DNA of 64,000 nt from Octopus vulgaris (taxonomy: Eukaryota). Position numbers and translations under genes: made by a program. Positions 13,151 to 26,832 of the stretch are shown piece after piece. Under the pieces are notes generated by a model. The model searched no databases. It saw only the letters and a list, made by a program, of their open reading frames with translations, and had not been told where the DNA came from. Numbering within the stretch: position 1 is the first letter of the stretch; the number at the start of each line of letters is the position of its first letter. The stretch lies in the NCBI GenBank assembly GCA_951406725.2, contig OX597817.1, positions 174,716,001 to 174,780,000 of the forward strand. The letters are read 5' to 3'.

Positions 13151-15234
13151 ATGTGTATGTGCATGTATGTTATTTTATTGATCCTGAAAGGATGAAATCA
13201 AAGGTGACCTCAGTGGAATTTGAGGTCACCTTCAATTCATTGCTTGTGTTTTAGACTCACTAAAAGACTGGAGTCAGCTTTGTTTCTTTTTTTTTTTTTT
13301 TTTGTATAATCTCAAGGTTCTATTGCTATGTGTATCCTGGTTTTAGAGTAAGTACACTGCATGCTTGTGTATCATAAGGGGGCAACTAAAAAGGGCTAGG
13401 AAAGGCGTCTGACTGTAAAACACTCCCTCAGAAAAAAGAAATGTCTGACCCATGCCAGCACGGAAAAAGCAGATGTAAAGTAGTAATGATGATGATGATG
13501 ATGACTTAGTAGAGAACAAGCACCACTCATGACTCTATCTAAGGTGTCTGCGATTACTAGGGACATGGGAGAAAGTCATCCCCAAATAAGAAATCCCAAT
13601 AGAGGAAACTCTACAAGGGTCGGTGGATAGAGCTAAACCAGGCACCAGTTAAAGATTCATGCTCCCACTCTTAATTGTGTGTTCATTTGTCTGACCTTTT
13701 GACCTTACTGACAGTAAAACTTTTGATGAGATTCAATAAAATACTGCACACAGCTGTGCTGCAGTTCTTCTCCTCTGATGTTTTTATACTATTGCAGTGT
13801 TGCACTGTACCATTTTTAGCAAGCTGCAACAGAAATAAATTTTTGCAGCAGTGCACTACATCACCTTCGGAAAGTTGCATTTAGATCTATTTTATATATG
13901 ACTCCGGTTTTCTTGTTCTTGTTGTAGTTCTTTTTCATGTTGCAGAATTAATTTATGCAGATTATCTATCAATAAATAGGTAGCTAGCAACATTAACTGT
14001 CAATGATGAGAGAATGAAGTGTTATATATTTGCCTCTGGCATTTATCTCTGCATGATAAATAAATCTAACTTTTTTGTGAAGAAATATTCATTTTTATAA
14101 GAAAAGTTGCAATCTTTGCTGCTAACAAACCAGAAATAGTGGAGAATAAGAGAGTGTCTCACAAGAAATAAAGAAAGAAGGAGAAAACGTAGATATCTTG
14201 AACTGTGCAAATTATTTCAATGGAATGAAAGAGAAGAAATTTTTGGAAAATGTCCACTAATTATGGAGGTCAGTCTAAAAATCAATCTGTTATGAGAGTT
14301 CAAACATCAAAGTAATTTAAAGAGTAAAACAAAAACCAAAAAGTGAAATAAAAAATAATTAAATAAAAGTATTGCATATAAATTTAGTTTAAAAAAGTGG
14401 GGAGAGGGGGACAAATGAAGAAAATAAACAAACAAAAATAAAATATCAAACCCGTAGCCAATTAGATGATTTTGGAAATAGAAAATTGTTTCTTCTGAAC
14501 TGGCTTATCATGAGAAACGCATCCTTCCCTTATTGCTATTTCTTCAGAACTAAAGTGTATAATTATCTTCACTTATTTTACAAAAAAAGAAAAGGTGGGG
14601 GGAATGTTGCCAATAACCCCTTTTCTTCCAAAATTGTTTTCATAGAACCTGTATTGAAAATATTTTCTTCTTTTTTTCTTCCTCTTTTCTTTGATAAGCT
14701 CATATTTTTGCTCATGATAAAAGTTACTCCATTTCATTCTCTAATTTCTGTCATTGATCTATGTTTTATGCAGATTCTTGTGAAGTTTCCATATCTGCTT
14801 CCTGTTTCTCTTATTGTTCCATCTTCTTTATAGAAAACATTAAAATTACAGGAAAATAGAAGAAGGAGAAGAAGAAGAAGAAAATGGTATTGCATTGATG
14901 CTCCACTGTTGCCTGTTGCAAACAATGTGAATATTGCTTAACAATAAGTTCATTTATCATCTCCGATAAATATAAAAATCTCCCCCTCCTCATTGAACGT
15001 CCCTCCCCCCTTGTCACTTCATCACCACTATTTTTACTGCTTTCCATTTTCACCTGATCACTCCCACCCTCTCTTCCAAAATATGTGCAGTCATCTAGCT
15101 CCTCTACAGCAAGAAACCAGTTCTGCTCCATCCCTTTTATTCTCTCATATTTTACCCCTCTCTACTCTTCATTCTCTTAGCATAAAATTGGCACCTCCTT
15201 TGAAGCTCATAGTTTTGCATGCTGTATGATGATT

Positions 15235-15437
15235 TCACTGGTGCTGGTGGCACAAAAAATGCATTGAAGACATGCTATACAGTGGTTGGAAGTAGGAAGG
15301 CAATTCAACAGTAGATACCATATCAGAGCAGACACTGGAGCATGATGTAATTTTTGGGCCCATCAGATCCTGTCAAACTAATCAACCCATTTCAGTGTGG
15401 ATGATAGATGTTAATTAATGATGATGATGATGATGAT
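15235..15437 (+). mobile_element. Old RTE 3' tail
   Basis: GGTGGCACAAAAAATGCA...GTGGTTGG...AGGAAGGC...GATGTTAA(TGA)n. Confidence 0.65.
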
Positions 15438-15691
15438 GTGCCTATTATGAGTCTTATGCGCTTCACAGTTCCATTGACGTGGTGTTTGGCTGTTGTGCAT
15501 ACACTCATATGTCCAAGATAGGAAGCTGCACACTAGGGAGAGAGAGCACTGTGGTTCATGTAGTGCTGACCCTGGTGTGCTGGTGAAAGGTAGTGTTTCT
15601 TTTTGACTCTGAGTGTGTTGAGCTTACAAACGTATTTATATTCTAGAATGTGATTAAGTTCAGAATTAGATTATTATCCTGTTTCCAGCTA

Positions 15692-15966
15692 CAGTGTTGC
15701 TGCTAGGATTTGAAAAATAGGGAAGATCCCCCCCCCCCACCTTATTTTGTGATTTAGGGGGGATTTTTAAAAAAACAAAGGGGAATTTTCAGCAGTGTTC
15801 AGTGAACAAATTAAACACTACCCAGCAGTGGTTAAAACACGAACCGATCAAGTGTATGTATAAATTTTCTTTTTATATGTTTGTTTCTTTTTTCACAATA
15901 TTAAAACAAAGGCTAAAAATTTTCTGAAGCAGCACCCCAACTAATTTTATCTATGAGCCGCCACTG
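15692..15966. mobile_element. Putative MITE with CAGTG...CACTG ends flanked by TA
   Basis: AGCTA|CAGTG ... CACTG|TAGCT termini; non-coding interior. Confidence 0.45.
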
Positions 15967-15974
15967 TAGCTAAC

Positions 15975-16222
15975 TGTGCCCTTTTAAAGCCTAGCCAGGC
16001 TCATGGGCCCGGTTTCCCAGTTTCAATGGCGCATGTGTTCCCCAGCTGGACGGGACACCAGTCCATTGCAGCATTACTCATTTTTGCCAGCTGAGTGAAC
16101 TGGAGTAATGTGAAATGAAGTGTTTTGCTCAAGAACACAACGCGTCACCCGGTCTAGGAATCGAAACCACAATTTTACGATCATGATGCTGACACCTTAA
16201 CCACTAAGCCATGCGCCTCCAC
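15975..16222 (-). mobile_element. tRNA/CORE SINE, same family as 51169-51417
   Basis: Head TGTGGAGGCGCATGGCTTAGTGG, B-box GGTTTCGATTCC, CORE-like TCTTGAGCAAAACACTTCA and tail GTCCCGTCCAGCTGGGG...GAAACCGGGCCCATGAGCC. Confidence 0.87.
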
Positions 16223-17259
16223 AGCCACCAATTCAATTCAATTCAAACATATATACTGTGGAGATATATTTATCCAATGGTTTAACTAGAAGATATTGAA
16301 CCATCGGGCGAGTTATTAGGTAAGTATATTCCTATATTGTATATATTTAAATCAAATTGTACTTGGGGATAACAATTTTGACTTTTTAAAATACGTTCCA
16401 AATTTTTGACCAAGACTGTATATGTTATATAGATGCAAAAGTTATAAATATTTCTAGTCTTCCATAAAAACACACGGTCAGCCATAGGGAAATATTATCT
16501 TGATTGGAAATAGGCGAGGGTTGGCAACAGGAAGAGCATCCAGCTGTAGAAAATCTGATCCCTGCACACATGGAAAAGTGGATATTAAACTGATGATGAT
16601 AGTGACGATGGTGGTGATGATGATGATAATGATGATGATGAAGATGCATGTACTTTGCTGTGTGTGAGCACGTGTACGTTGTACTGCATGCGTGTGTGTG
16701 TGTGTGTGTGTGTACGCATGTGTACATCTACATGATCGTTATTGTTATAGTCTCTTTTCGTCTATTTTTCCACAAGAGTATAGGCTGGGTGGGTCTCACA
16801 GCATCATGCCTTTTGTGATAGATCCTCAACTGGTACATACAGCAACAGTGGAAGCTGGCAATCTTTATCTTAACAATTTTGTGCATGCTTTTTTTTTTTT
16901 TTTTTGGTATGGTTTAATTAACAGCATGCTCTTCCTGTTTCCAATGATTTTAAATCCTGGAGTAAGTGCATTTTTATCATGCTAGGGACAAAATGATCAC
17001 CTGTGTCTTGTTACAATTTATTAAAGCAGGACAGGTGATTCTTCAGGTATCCTGCATATGCACCCCCATTTGTTCTTTCATTTTTATTAGTGTTACAGCT
17101 GGATCCTCTTCCTAAAGTACACCACAAGCCTGGTGCTTTTTCTCATGTTACCAGCATTTGAAATGTTGTTTGCAACAACACTAAGGAGTCCTCACTATGC
17201 TGCATTTTAATTTTTTACAGAGATTGCCTACTTGTGTGGATTACAGATTTCATACTTAT

Positions 17260-17590
17260 GAGAAGGTGCATGGCTTAACGGCCAAGCTCACAGTCACAAG
17301 GCTTTGAGTTCGATTCCAGGTGGTGCATTTTATCTATGAGTAAGACACTTTGTTTCTCATTGCTCCAGTCCACTCAGCTGGCAAAAATGAGTTATTGAGT
17401 TAAACCCATTATTCAAAGAGCCAGCTTTGTCACATTCTGTGTCGCACTGAATCTCTCTGGGAAATACATTAAGGGTATGCATGTCTGTGGCGTTGCTCAG
17501 CCACTTGCATGTAAATTTCATGAGCAGGCTGTTCTGTTGATTGGACCAACTGGAGCACTCATTGTTGTAACTGATGGAGCACCGATGATA
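17260..17590 (+). mobile_element. tRNA/CORE SINE with a different 3' tail
   Basis: GAGTTCGATTCC B-box and GCTCCAGTCCACTCAGCTGGCAAAAATGAGT core, followed by an unrelated tail. Confidence 0.75.
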
Positions 17591-17604
17591 TATATGTATA
17601 TATG

Positions 17605-17701
<97 letters not shown>

Positions 17702-17711
17702 ATATATATAT

Positions 17712-19127
17712 ATCATCATCATCATCGTTTAACGTCCGTTTTCCGCGCCAGCACGGGATGGACAGGTCGACCAGGGTTGGGAAGCCAGAGGCTGCACCAG
17801 GCTCCAGTCTGATCTGGCAGTGTTTCTACAGCTGATGCCCTTCCTAACGCCAACCACTCCACGAGTGTAGTGGGTGCTTTTTACGTGCCACCTGCACAGG
17901 TGCCAGGGGAGTCCGACATCGGCCATGATCGGTTGGTGCTTTTAACGTGCCACTGGCAGGGAAGCCAGCCAAGGTGCGCTGGCATCGGCCACGTTTGGAT
18001 GGTGCTTTTTATCTGCCACCCGCACTGAAGCCAGTCGAGCCGGCGCTGGCATTGGCCACGTTCGGATGGTGCTTTTTATGTGCCACCAGCACAGAAGCCA
18101 GTCGAGGCGGTGCTGGCAATGGCCACGTTCAGATGGTGCTTTTTATGTGCCACCGGCACAGGTATCACAACTACTATTTCCATTGATATTTATTTCGATG
18201 TTCATGTACTTGACTCAACAGGTCTCCTCAAGCACAGCGGGATGTTCTGGTATCCAAGGTACTTTGAATGGGCAGGGGCTATGCAGAACTGGTGCAGGAA
18301 GCAGCCCGGGTCTTTGCAGTCACAGCATATCTCCAGAGATCTCGGTCCTTCGCCATTGCGTCAGTGAGGCCCAATGCTCTGAGGTCATGCTTGACTACCT
18401 CATCCCATCTCTTCCTGGGTCTACCTCTCCCCTGATACCTTCAACTGTTTGGGAGTGGCACTTCTTCACACATCTCTCCTCATCCATCCACAGTACATGA
18501 CCATACCATCACAAGCATCGCTCTTGCACACCACATCTGATGCTTCTTATGTCCAGCATTTCTCTCAGGATGCTTACCCTCTGTTGTGCACACAAACTGA
18601 CATTACACATCCAGCGGATCATGCTAGCTTCATTTCTTTCAAGTCTACGCATGTCCTCTGCAGTCACAGCCCATGTTTCACTACCGTGAAGCATGGCAGT
18701 TCACACACATGCGTCATAAAATCTACCTTTCACTTTGTGAAAGACCCTTTGTCGCCAGTAGGGGTAGGAGCTTTCTAAACTTTGCCCAGGCTATTCGTAT
18801 TCTAGTGGTGACACTCTGTGAGCATCCACCTCCACTACTAACTTGGTCACCCAGGTAGCGGAAACTATCAACTACTTCTAGTTTCTCCCCTGGAGTGTGA
18901 TAGAATCTGTTTTCTGAGTATCTGTGGTGTCTATTGTCCCTGTGCATCTGCCGCACATGAAAGCTATCTTATCAGTTAATTTCCCTTTGATGTTGCTGCA
19001 CCTCTTATGCATCCATAGCTTACACTGGGTGCATCTTATGGAGTTTCTACCTACACCTTTCCTACAGATTGAGCAGGTCCACCTGCCCGAGGGGGTGTGT
19101 GCTGAGTTCACCTTTCTGCTTACTATA
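17712..19127 (-). mobile_element. 5'-truncated RTE LINE (PHD finger, RT C-terminus, 3' UTR), frameshifted
   Basis: ORF pieces WTCSICRKGVGRNSIRCTQC, LEVVDSFRYLGD and HGSETWAVTAEDM match 54817-56547. Flanked by (TA)n on both sides. Confidence 0.95.
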
Positions 19128-19128
19128 A

Positions 19129-19221
<93 letters not shown>

Positions 19222-19350
19222 GATATAAGTAAACTAAGTTTGAAAACAGAGAGATATAATGGATACAAATGAATTTATTAATTAATTAGCCTATTCACCG
19301 ACAATTGTTTTATTTCAATTTCAACAACCAAAATTAAAGGGTATACATGC

Positions 19351-19400
<50 letters not shown>

Positions 19401-19511
19401 TCATCATCATCATCATTTAACATCCGCTTTCCATGCTATATATATATATAATACAATATAATATGCGCTGAAGTGAAGGCAGAATTGACACAAATGATAG
19501 ATGAGTGGATC

Positions 19512-19737
19512 AACCCTTTTGCGACCAACCTGCCTGAAGCCACATCTAGATCTATGATACAAAATTCCTTGTGTGAAAGTAATCAGACATAAAAAGATCC
19601 ATCAAAATTTCATGTTAATTTATATTCAGAACATCAGCTTAATAATGAAAAAAAAAATTTTTAATTCTTCATCATTTTCAAAATTTACTAAAAGAAAAGC
19701 AATGTATTTAGACAGAAGTATGATAACAAAATGGTTA
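19512..19737. mobile_element. Decayed TTAA-type MITE
   Basis: AACCCTTTTGCGACCAACC...GATAACAAAATGGTTA; similar to 12390-12584. Confidence 0.55.
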
Positions 19738-20299
19738 TCTTGTAATTTGTCAATTATGAATTCAAATTCCACTATTGGAAACTTTATCTTTCATTCTTAC
19801 AGGATTAATAAAATAAATACCAGATAATTACCCCTCATAACGATTCAATCAACTCTATACATTTACACTTTTACACTAAATTTGTGAATTCATGACAGTA
19901 TTATGCATTACAACTAATAGTTTCCCAAAATTTTTATTTCTCTATGTGATATCTTGCAGATCTCTATTTACAAATGCTCAACATATATTAAAATAATTTA
20001 TACTCCTACATATCCAACTTAACTCTGGCTTTGTCATTATTTAACCCCAGGTAATATTTGATCTAAGAGACATGTGATCAAATATATTTTATGGATGATC
20101 ATCCTGTCCTTTTTTATCAGATATATTTTCTTCTTATTGAAACATGATTGGCATGACGAGCAAAATGCCCAGCAGTATTTGATTTGTCTTAAAGTTCTGT
20201 GTTCCAATTTCACCAAGACTGACTTTGCCTTTCATCCTTTCAGGGTCAATAAAAAAAGAACCAGATGAACGCTGGGCTCAATGTAATTGACTTTACTCC

Positions 20300-20550
20300 T
20301 TTTCTTTTATTTGTTTCAGTCAATTGCCTGTGGCCATGCAGGTGCACCACCTTTAGTCAAGCAAATTGACCCCAGGGCTTATTCTTTGTAAGCCTAGTAC
20401 TTATTCTATCGGTCACTTTTGCCAAATCACTAAGTTGTCAAGCGATGTTGGGGGGGACAAACACAGATACACAAACATATACATACACACACACACGCAC
20501 ACACACACAAACACACACACACTCACACGCACACACACACACACACACAC

Positions 20551-20588
<38 letters not shown>

Positions 20589-20738
20589 GACAGGCTTCTT
20601 TCAGTTTCCATCTACCAAATCCACGCACAAGGCTTTGGTCGGCCTAAGGCTATAGTAGAAGACACCTGCCCAAGGTGCCCTGTAGTGGGACTGAACCCGG
20701 AACCATGTGTTTGGTAAGCAAGCTACTTACCACACAGT
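20300..20738 (-). mobile_element. SINE family A
   Basis: Reverse complement of the 62245-62670 family, with internal (CA)n(TA)n. Confidence 0.88.
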
Positions 20739-21046
20739 TAGTCCTGGGTATGAGTATAAAAAATCTGCATCAGTCTGACAAATCATGTCAAGCCAGTGTG
20801 GCTGCATAGACTCATCAAACCAGTATGAACTCAAGCTCAACTGCATGACCTACGCATCAGACCATGGTTGGTGGAGAGAGCATGCTGAGGCTCTCACTCT
20901 GCAGCGAACTGAATATGGGTAATCCAATCCAATCCAATGCAGTCCAGGCATTGACTTGAGGAAGATTTGGCTGCTCCTTTCCTGTTGTTTACAAGTCAAG
21001 TGACTATGTAGAGACTCCCTTGGTTTGTACTTGATTTGTATCTTAA

Positions 21047-21267
21047 CCCTTTAGTGTTCGCATTATTCTGCCAAAATTAATCCTTTTTTATCCACATTGT
21101 TTTGAACTAATCATGCATTATCTTGTAGCTACGAGATTTTGATGAGGTAGTTGTTGATTTTTAAAATGATATTGCAGGGTTGGTGTGAGAGACCAGATCT
21201 GGCCAGTTTGAACATAAAACAAGCAGAATACTTTTGGCCGGATATGGCCGGTTTAAATGCTAAAGGG
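21047..21267. mobile_element. Complete TTAA-flanked MITE (piggyBac-like)
   Basis: TTAA|CCCTTTAG ... CTAAAGGG|TTAA; second copy at 34280-34499. Confidence 0.88.
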
Positions 21268-21799
21268 TTAAATTGATAATTAGTCATCTTATATGGCACC
21301 ACCTGGAGATTATAATATTGCTAAACTCACTTGTCATGCTTTGACCCTGTATAATATTATAATCTATAGGTAAAGCTTATGAGTGCTGGAACTCATAAGA
21401 TTTTGGTTACTATCCCAATCATTCTAGTAATTTAGTCATTATACTGCAGTAAACTAATTCCCCAAATAATCTATATTATACCAATTTTAAGTATTTCTTC
21501 TCTTTTTCATAAAACTTCAAAATAGATGAGAGTAATTATTTACTATCTCATATACACATACACACACCTATGTGCATACCGACTTTCATACATACATGTG
21601 TATATGTATGCGTATGCACTCTAATAAGCAACAAGAAACAGCTTTTAGAGGCTGTTTTTACTTCTCTTTTTTGACAAACTGCCAAAAACTGTTTATCCTT
21701 TTGATTTTGTTGATAAAACACGTTTTGGTAAAAGTTTAATATTTACAAAAGAATTTCAAACAGACACTTAACAGTTAATTCTAGACACAGGTATGTATG

Positions 21800-21821
21800 T
21801 GTGTGTATGTATATATATATA

Positions 21822-21910
<89 letters not shown>

Positions 21911-22280
21911 AAGTGTATGCGTGTATATTTGTGTTTGTGTGCATGTGTGTATATATGTATGTATGAGTGTGTATATATATGTATATATAAATATATATAA
22001 ATATATGTGTATATATATATATGTATATGTATATATATGTATATAAATATATATGTATATATATATGTATATGTATATATATGTATATACATGTATATAC
22101 ATATATATATATATGTATATATATGTATGTATATATGTATGTATATATATATGAGTGTGTGTATATATATATAGATATATATACATATATATATTTGTAT
22201 GTATTATATATATATATACATACATACATATATATTTGTATATATATACGTATATATATATTTGTATGCCTCTTATACAT
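21800..22280 (+). repeat. (TA)n / TA-TG compound microsatellite
   Basis: Directly visible. Confidence 0.95.
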
Positions 22281-22914
22281 ATGACTACAGTTTCAAAACA
22301 CACGTCACCCAACCTATACTCAACAGTATACAGTCATTGTTTCTTGATGCTACCTTTTAATATAAATCGAATTGCTTGCTGAGAGCTTCAAATAATTCTT
22401 CTAAAAGAAACATTACTTTTTTTTTCTTTTTGACTTATATTGTTGTTTTGTACATAAACACACTGTTGTGTCTCACAGAGAGTTTGGCATGCAAACATAA
22501 TGATCAGGAAAAGAAATAAATACTATATGTTGCCAAAACTGAAAAATAAGATGAAACAATGTAACAACAACACCAGCATCTTCTTCTGTGTATTAGCAGT
22601 AGACATTTGGAGAGATGCGTCAACATAGTAAGTTGAAGTTGTTTTCTTATTCAGTTATTTACAGTTGAAGCCTGATGACAGATCTTCATTAAACATCAAA
22701 AATTATTATTATGCTTATTATTATTAAATGAATGTAAAACAATGGGCTGGTGGAACTGTTAGCACATTGGACAAAACGTTTAGCAACATTTCAGCTGTTT
22801 TTTATGTTCTGAGCTCAAATTCCATTGTGATTGACTTTGCCTTTAATTTGAAGCCAAAATTTGAAACCATAATTAGAACCATTAGCACACCTTGTAGATC
22901 AACCTTAATTCTAA

Positions 22915-23115
22915 TCCTTTCTACTATAGGTGCAAGGCCTGAAATTTGGGGGATAGTCAATTACATCGACCCCAGTGTTTCACCGGTACTTAATTTATCG
23001 ACCTCGAAAGGATGACAGGTAAAGTTGACCTCGGCGGAATTTGAACTCAGAACGTAGCAGCAGACGAAATACCGCCAAGCATTTTGCCCGGTGTGCTAAT
23101 GACTCTGCCAGTTCA
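22915..23115 (-). mobile_element. SINE family B
   Basis: CCTTTCTACTATAGGTGCAAGGCC...GACCTCGGCGGAATTTGAACTCAGAAC...CTGCCAGTTC. Confidence 0.88.
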
Positions 23116-23681
23116 CGAAAGTTCTTCGTAGTTTAAGCATCTCATCAGCCTCTTGGATACTAACCAGCTCAAAACTACTCTTGGTTCTATGCTACAGACT
23201 TCCTGTTTTAAAGAAATTTCAATTAAAAACTCCATTTTTGTTTCAAATACCAGCTTAATAACGACAAAGTTATTTTACTAAATTCTTTACTATTTTCAAA
23301 ATCAATTGAAACAATACAGTGTATTTCAATGGAAATTTGGTGAAAAAAACAAAAGAGCTAAGATATTTGATAGCTGAACAAACAAGGAACCAAAATCCAA
23401 GTTGAGTAAAGAGATCAGATATAACACCTAATATATATTGATTTCAAACTTTGGCACAAGGGTTAAGTTAATTACATTGTCCCCAGTAATCAACTAATAT
23501 GTTTTTCATTTCTAAAAGACAAAGTCGACCATGACAGAATTTGAACTCAGAACATAAAGATAGAGGAAATGCTGCTTAGCATTTTGTCCAGCATGCTAAT
23601 GATTCTGCCAACTCACTTCTGTACCTGTTTAGACATTTTTCTTTACTACTTTTTTTCTTTTTGAAAATTTTATGTGCATAT

Positions 23682-24090
23682 AGGTGCAGAAGTGGCTGTG
23701 TGGTAAGAAGCTTGCTTCCTAACCACATTGTCACAGGTTCAGTCCCACTGCATGGCACCTTGGGCAAGTGTCTTCTACTATAGCTTCAAGCCAACCAAAG
23801 CCTTGTGAGTGGATTTGGTAGACAGAAACTGAAAGAAGCCTGTCATATATTTATATATATATGTTATATATGTGTGTGTTTGTGTGTCTGTTTGTCCCCC
23901 ACCCCCACCATCGCTTGACAACTGATGTTGGTTTGTTTACATCTCTGTAACTTAGCAGTTCAGCAAAAGAGACCAGTAGAACAAGTACTAGGCTTACAAA
24001 GAATAAGCCTTAGGGTCGATTTGTTCGACTAGAGGTGGTGCTCCAGTATGGCTGTGGTCAATGACCGAAACAAGTAAAAGAATAAAAGAA
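23682..24090 (+). mobile_element. SINE family A
   Basis: Full head, core, microsatellite and tail. Confidence 0.9.
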
Positions 24091-25267
24091 TATTGTTATG
24101 AGTTCAAATCCTGCTTAGGTGTTGATTTCATTTCTCACACCTCCTGGGCTGATAAAATATTCATGAATGAAGTTGATTCAGAAAGGCTGTAACATGTCCT
24201 CATAAAATAAATGCTTTAATCTTGTATTTTTGTGGAGAATCATTATTTTCTGACATGCACGAGAAATGGTACCAAAGCATTCTCCCTTTGGGGTTATTGA
24301 CTCTATTGACTGAAAGGCAGAAAATCAAAACAACTGGAAGAAATGGAAACCTATGATTTACCAATTGTAAATTTGGTTCAAATTTACTACCATATTTCAC
24401 CATAGTTACTAACTTCCATATTGCTGGATATTACAAACATCAATCAACCATCATTTATTTATGTATTTATTTATTTATTTATTTTTCCTTGAAACACATT
24501 ATTATTTTTTTTTTTATTTATTTACTTACGTATTTATATAGTTATTTTAATTTTTGCTTTTGGCAAAGAACATGTTTCTCAAGTACACATACAGTCTGTT
24601 GTATATGAGGGAAATATCAGAAGAGTTGAGAAACCATAAAGTTTCTAACTATATTGATTTGGAATGGTGAAAGAAGTGAAGCAAGATGTAACAGATGCAT
24701 TGCTTTCCTATCTTCCTGAAAAATAAATTCAATATTTAGTTGGTTTCTAATCAATGTATTTCTTATTTTGATTATTCTGGTTTTCTTCATAAACAATATT
24801 TGAATAGCATAAGTTTTATTTGAAGCAGTTTGGCATGCTGGCAAAATTTTTAAGAAGTCTTCTATTGAATTCAAAGTGTTTTAAGCTTTGAGGTAGACAT
24901 TGGAGACTAAATACATTCTTATTTCATGATAATGAAATATTTTACACATTCTGTTTCAATTTTCTTTCTTTTACTTTTTCTTTTTATCTAAATTTGTCTG
25001 AATTCCTGCGGAGATTTTTATTGTTAATGTAGTAGAGTAGTCTCATGGCCCATAAATGGTTGTTGCAGAAAGTGCCTTTTCACTATTTGAAAGCATTTAA
25101 TGGCTTGCTTCAGTTTACCTAACTGGAAAATATTTATATTCTAGATTAGAAGACAAACCTCAGAGCATTAAAATAGTCTTTGAAAATGAAATGCTAAATT
25201 TACAATGTAAATTTTTTGAGATATTATTATTATTATTATTGTTGTTGTTATTATTATTATTATTATT

Positions 25268-25362
<95 letters not shown>

Positions 25363-26785
25363 GCTGCTGCTAATGATGATGATGATTAACATCATCATCA
25401 TCATTTTCATTTTAACGTTCAATTTTCCATGCCTGCATGGGTCAGATGGTGTTTTTGAGGCAGATTTTCTTAAACAGGTTACACTTTCTGTTGCCAGTCC
25501 TTGCCTGTTTCCAAGCAAGATAGTATTTTCCCATGGCTGGACACATTTTACAAGGAAGATTAGATATGAGTAACACCTTTTGTATGAGGGTGATACTCAC
25601 AAAAATTGTGCAATGTCAAGGCAAGATGACACAAACATACAAACACACACACACACACCAATATACAGAAACACATTTACATACATACATGCATGCTTGT
25701 AGGTATGTATGTAGGTATGTATGCATTCATGTATGTATGTATGTATGTATGCATTCATGCTTGTATGTATGTATTTATGTATGTATGTATGTATGTATGT
25801 ATGTATGTATGTATGTATGCATTCATGCATGTATGTATGTATGTATGGATGGATGCCTGATGGACAACTTTCATTTTCCATGTACCAAATCCCCATACAA
25901 GGCTTTGGTTAGCCCAGAGCTAAATAGAAGACACTTGCCTATGGCACCATGCAGTGGGACTGAACCTGAAACTACAACAGAATAAAAAAAAAAGGGAGAT
26001 ATTAATAAAATCTAGAGTATTTCATAATCTCTCTTATTATTAATGATCAAGGTAAGGGTTTATTTTTAAATGAATTTTTAAAAAAAATTGCTCCAGCTTG
26101 GCCAGTCTAATGACTGAAATAACTAAAAGTTAAAAATGTATGATGAATTCAGAGATTTTTAAAAAATGTATATTTTCTTACACTATATTTCAGTCAGTCC
26201 AGCATAATTTCCACTCACATACTTACATTGGCAAGGTTGTTCTATAAATTGGTGGCATATTTATAATGGGTGCTCTTCTTGGTGCCAGCTATTCTATTCT
26301 GAAGAGAGAATGGTAAATATTTCTAGTAAATGTTTACAGCAAGATTTGCATAATAATCTCTTGTTTGGTTGTCTAGCATTTTCATATCTCAGCTATTGTG
26401 TCTCATAAACAGAAAGAATTCTTTATCTAGGAACTGTATTCTAACAACTGACTAAAAGCCAGGAAGTATAAACCAATATTCAAATATTCAAGTAGATAGT
26501 TTTGGAGAACAAGTCATGCTGGCAATGAATCTTGAATTTTGTTTGAAGCATTTTATCCTAGGTAAGATAATTATGAATCTTTTGAGGTATTTAAGGGAGG
26601 TAAAGAGGGGCTGCGGGAAAGTTGGTAGTTGACTGAGCAGGCATCAAAAAAAAAAAAAAAATGTTGTAGTTGAGAATCTTCATAGAGAAACATAGTTATA
26701 GATTATATTTTGTAAATCTCTTTTATCGGACTATTCTGAATGAAATATAATTGATTTCGAAGAATGAAATATATTCAATAATGAC

Positions 26786-26832
<47 letters not shown>

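Noticed and set aside
16995-17040. Small hairpin ATCACCTGT...ACAGGTGAT as a pre-miRNA
   Set aside because: The stem is too short, and there is no match to conserved miRNA seeds I recognise.
22520-22610. Short signal-peptide-like ORF on the minus strand (MSTANTQKKMLVLLL...)
   Set aside because: It stops after about 27 codons, and hydrophobic runs are expected from T-rich DNA.
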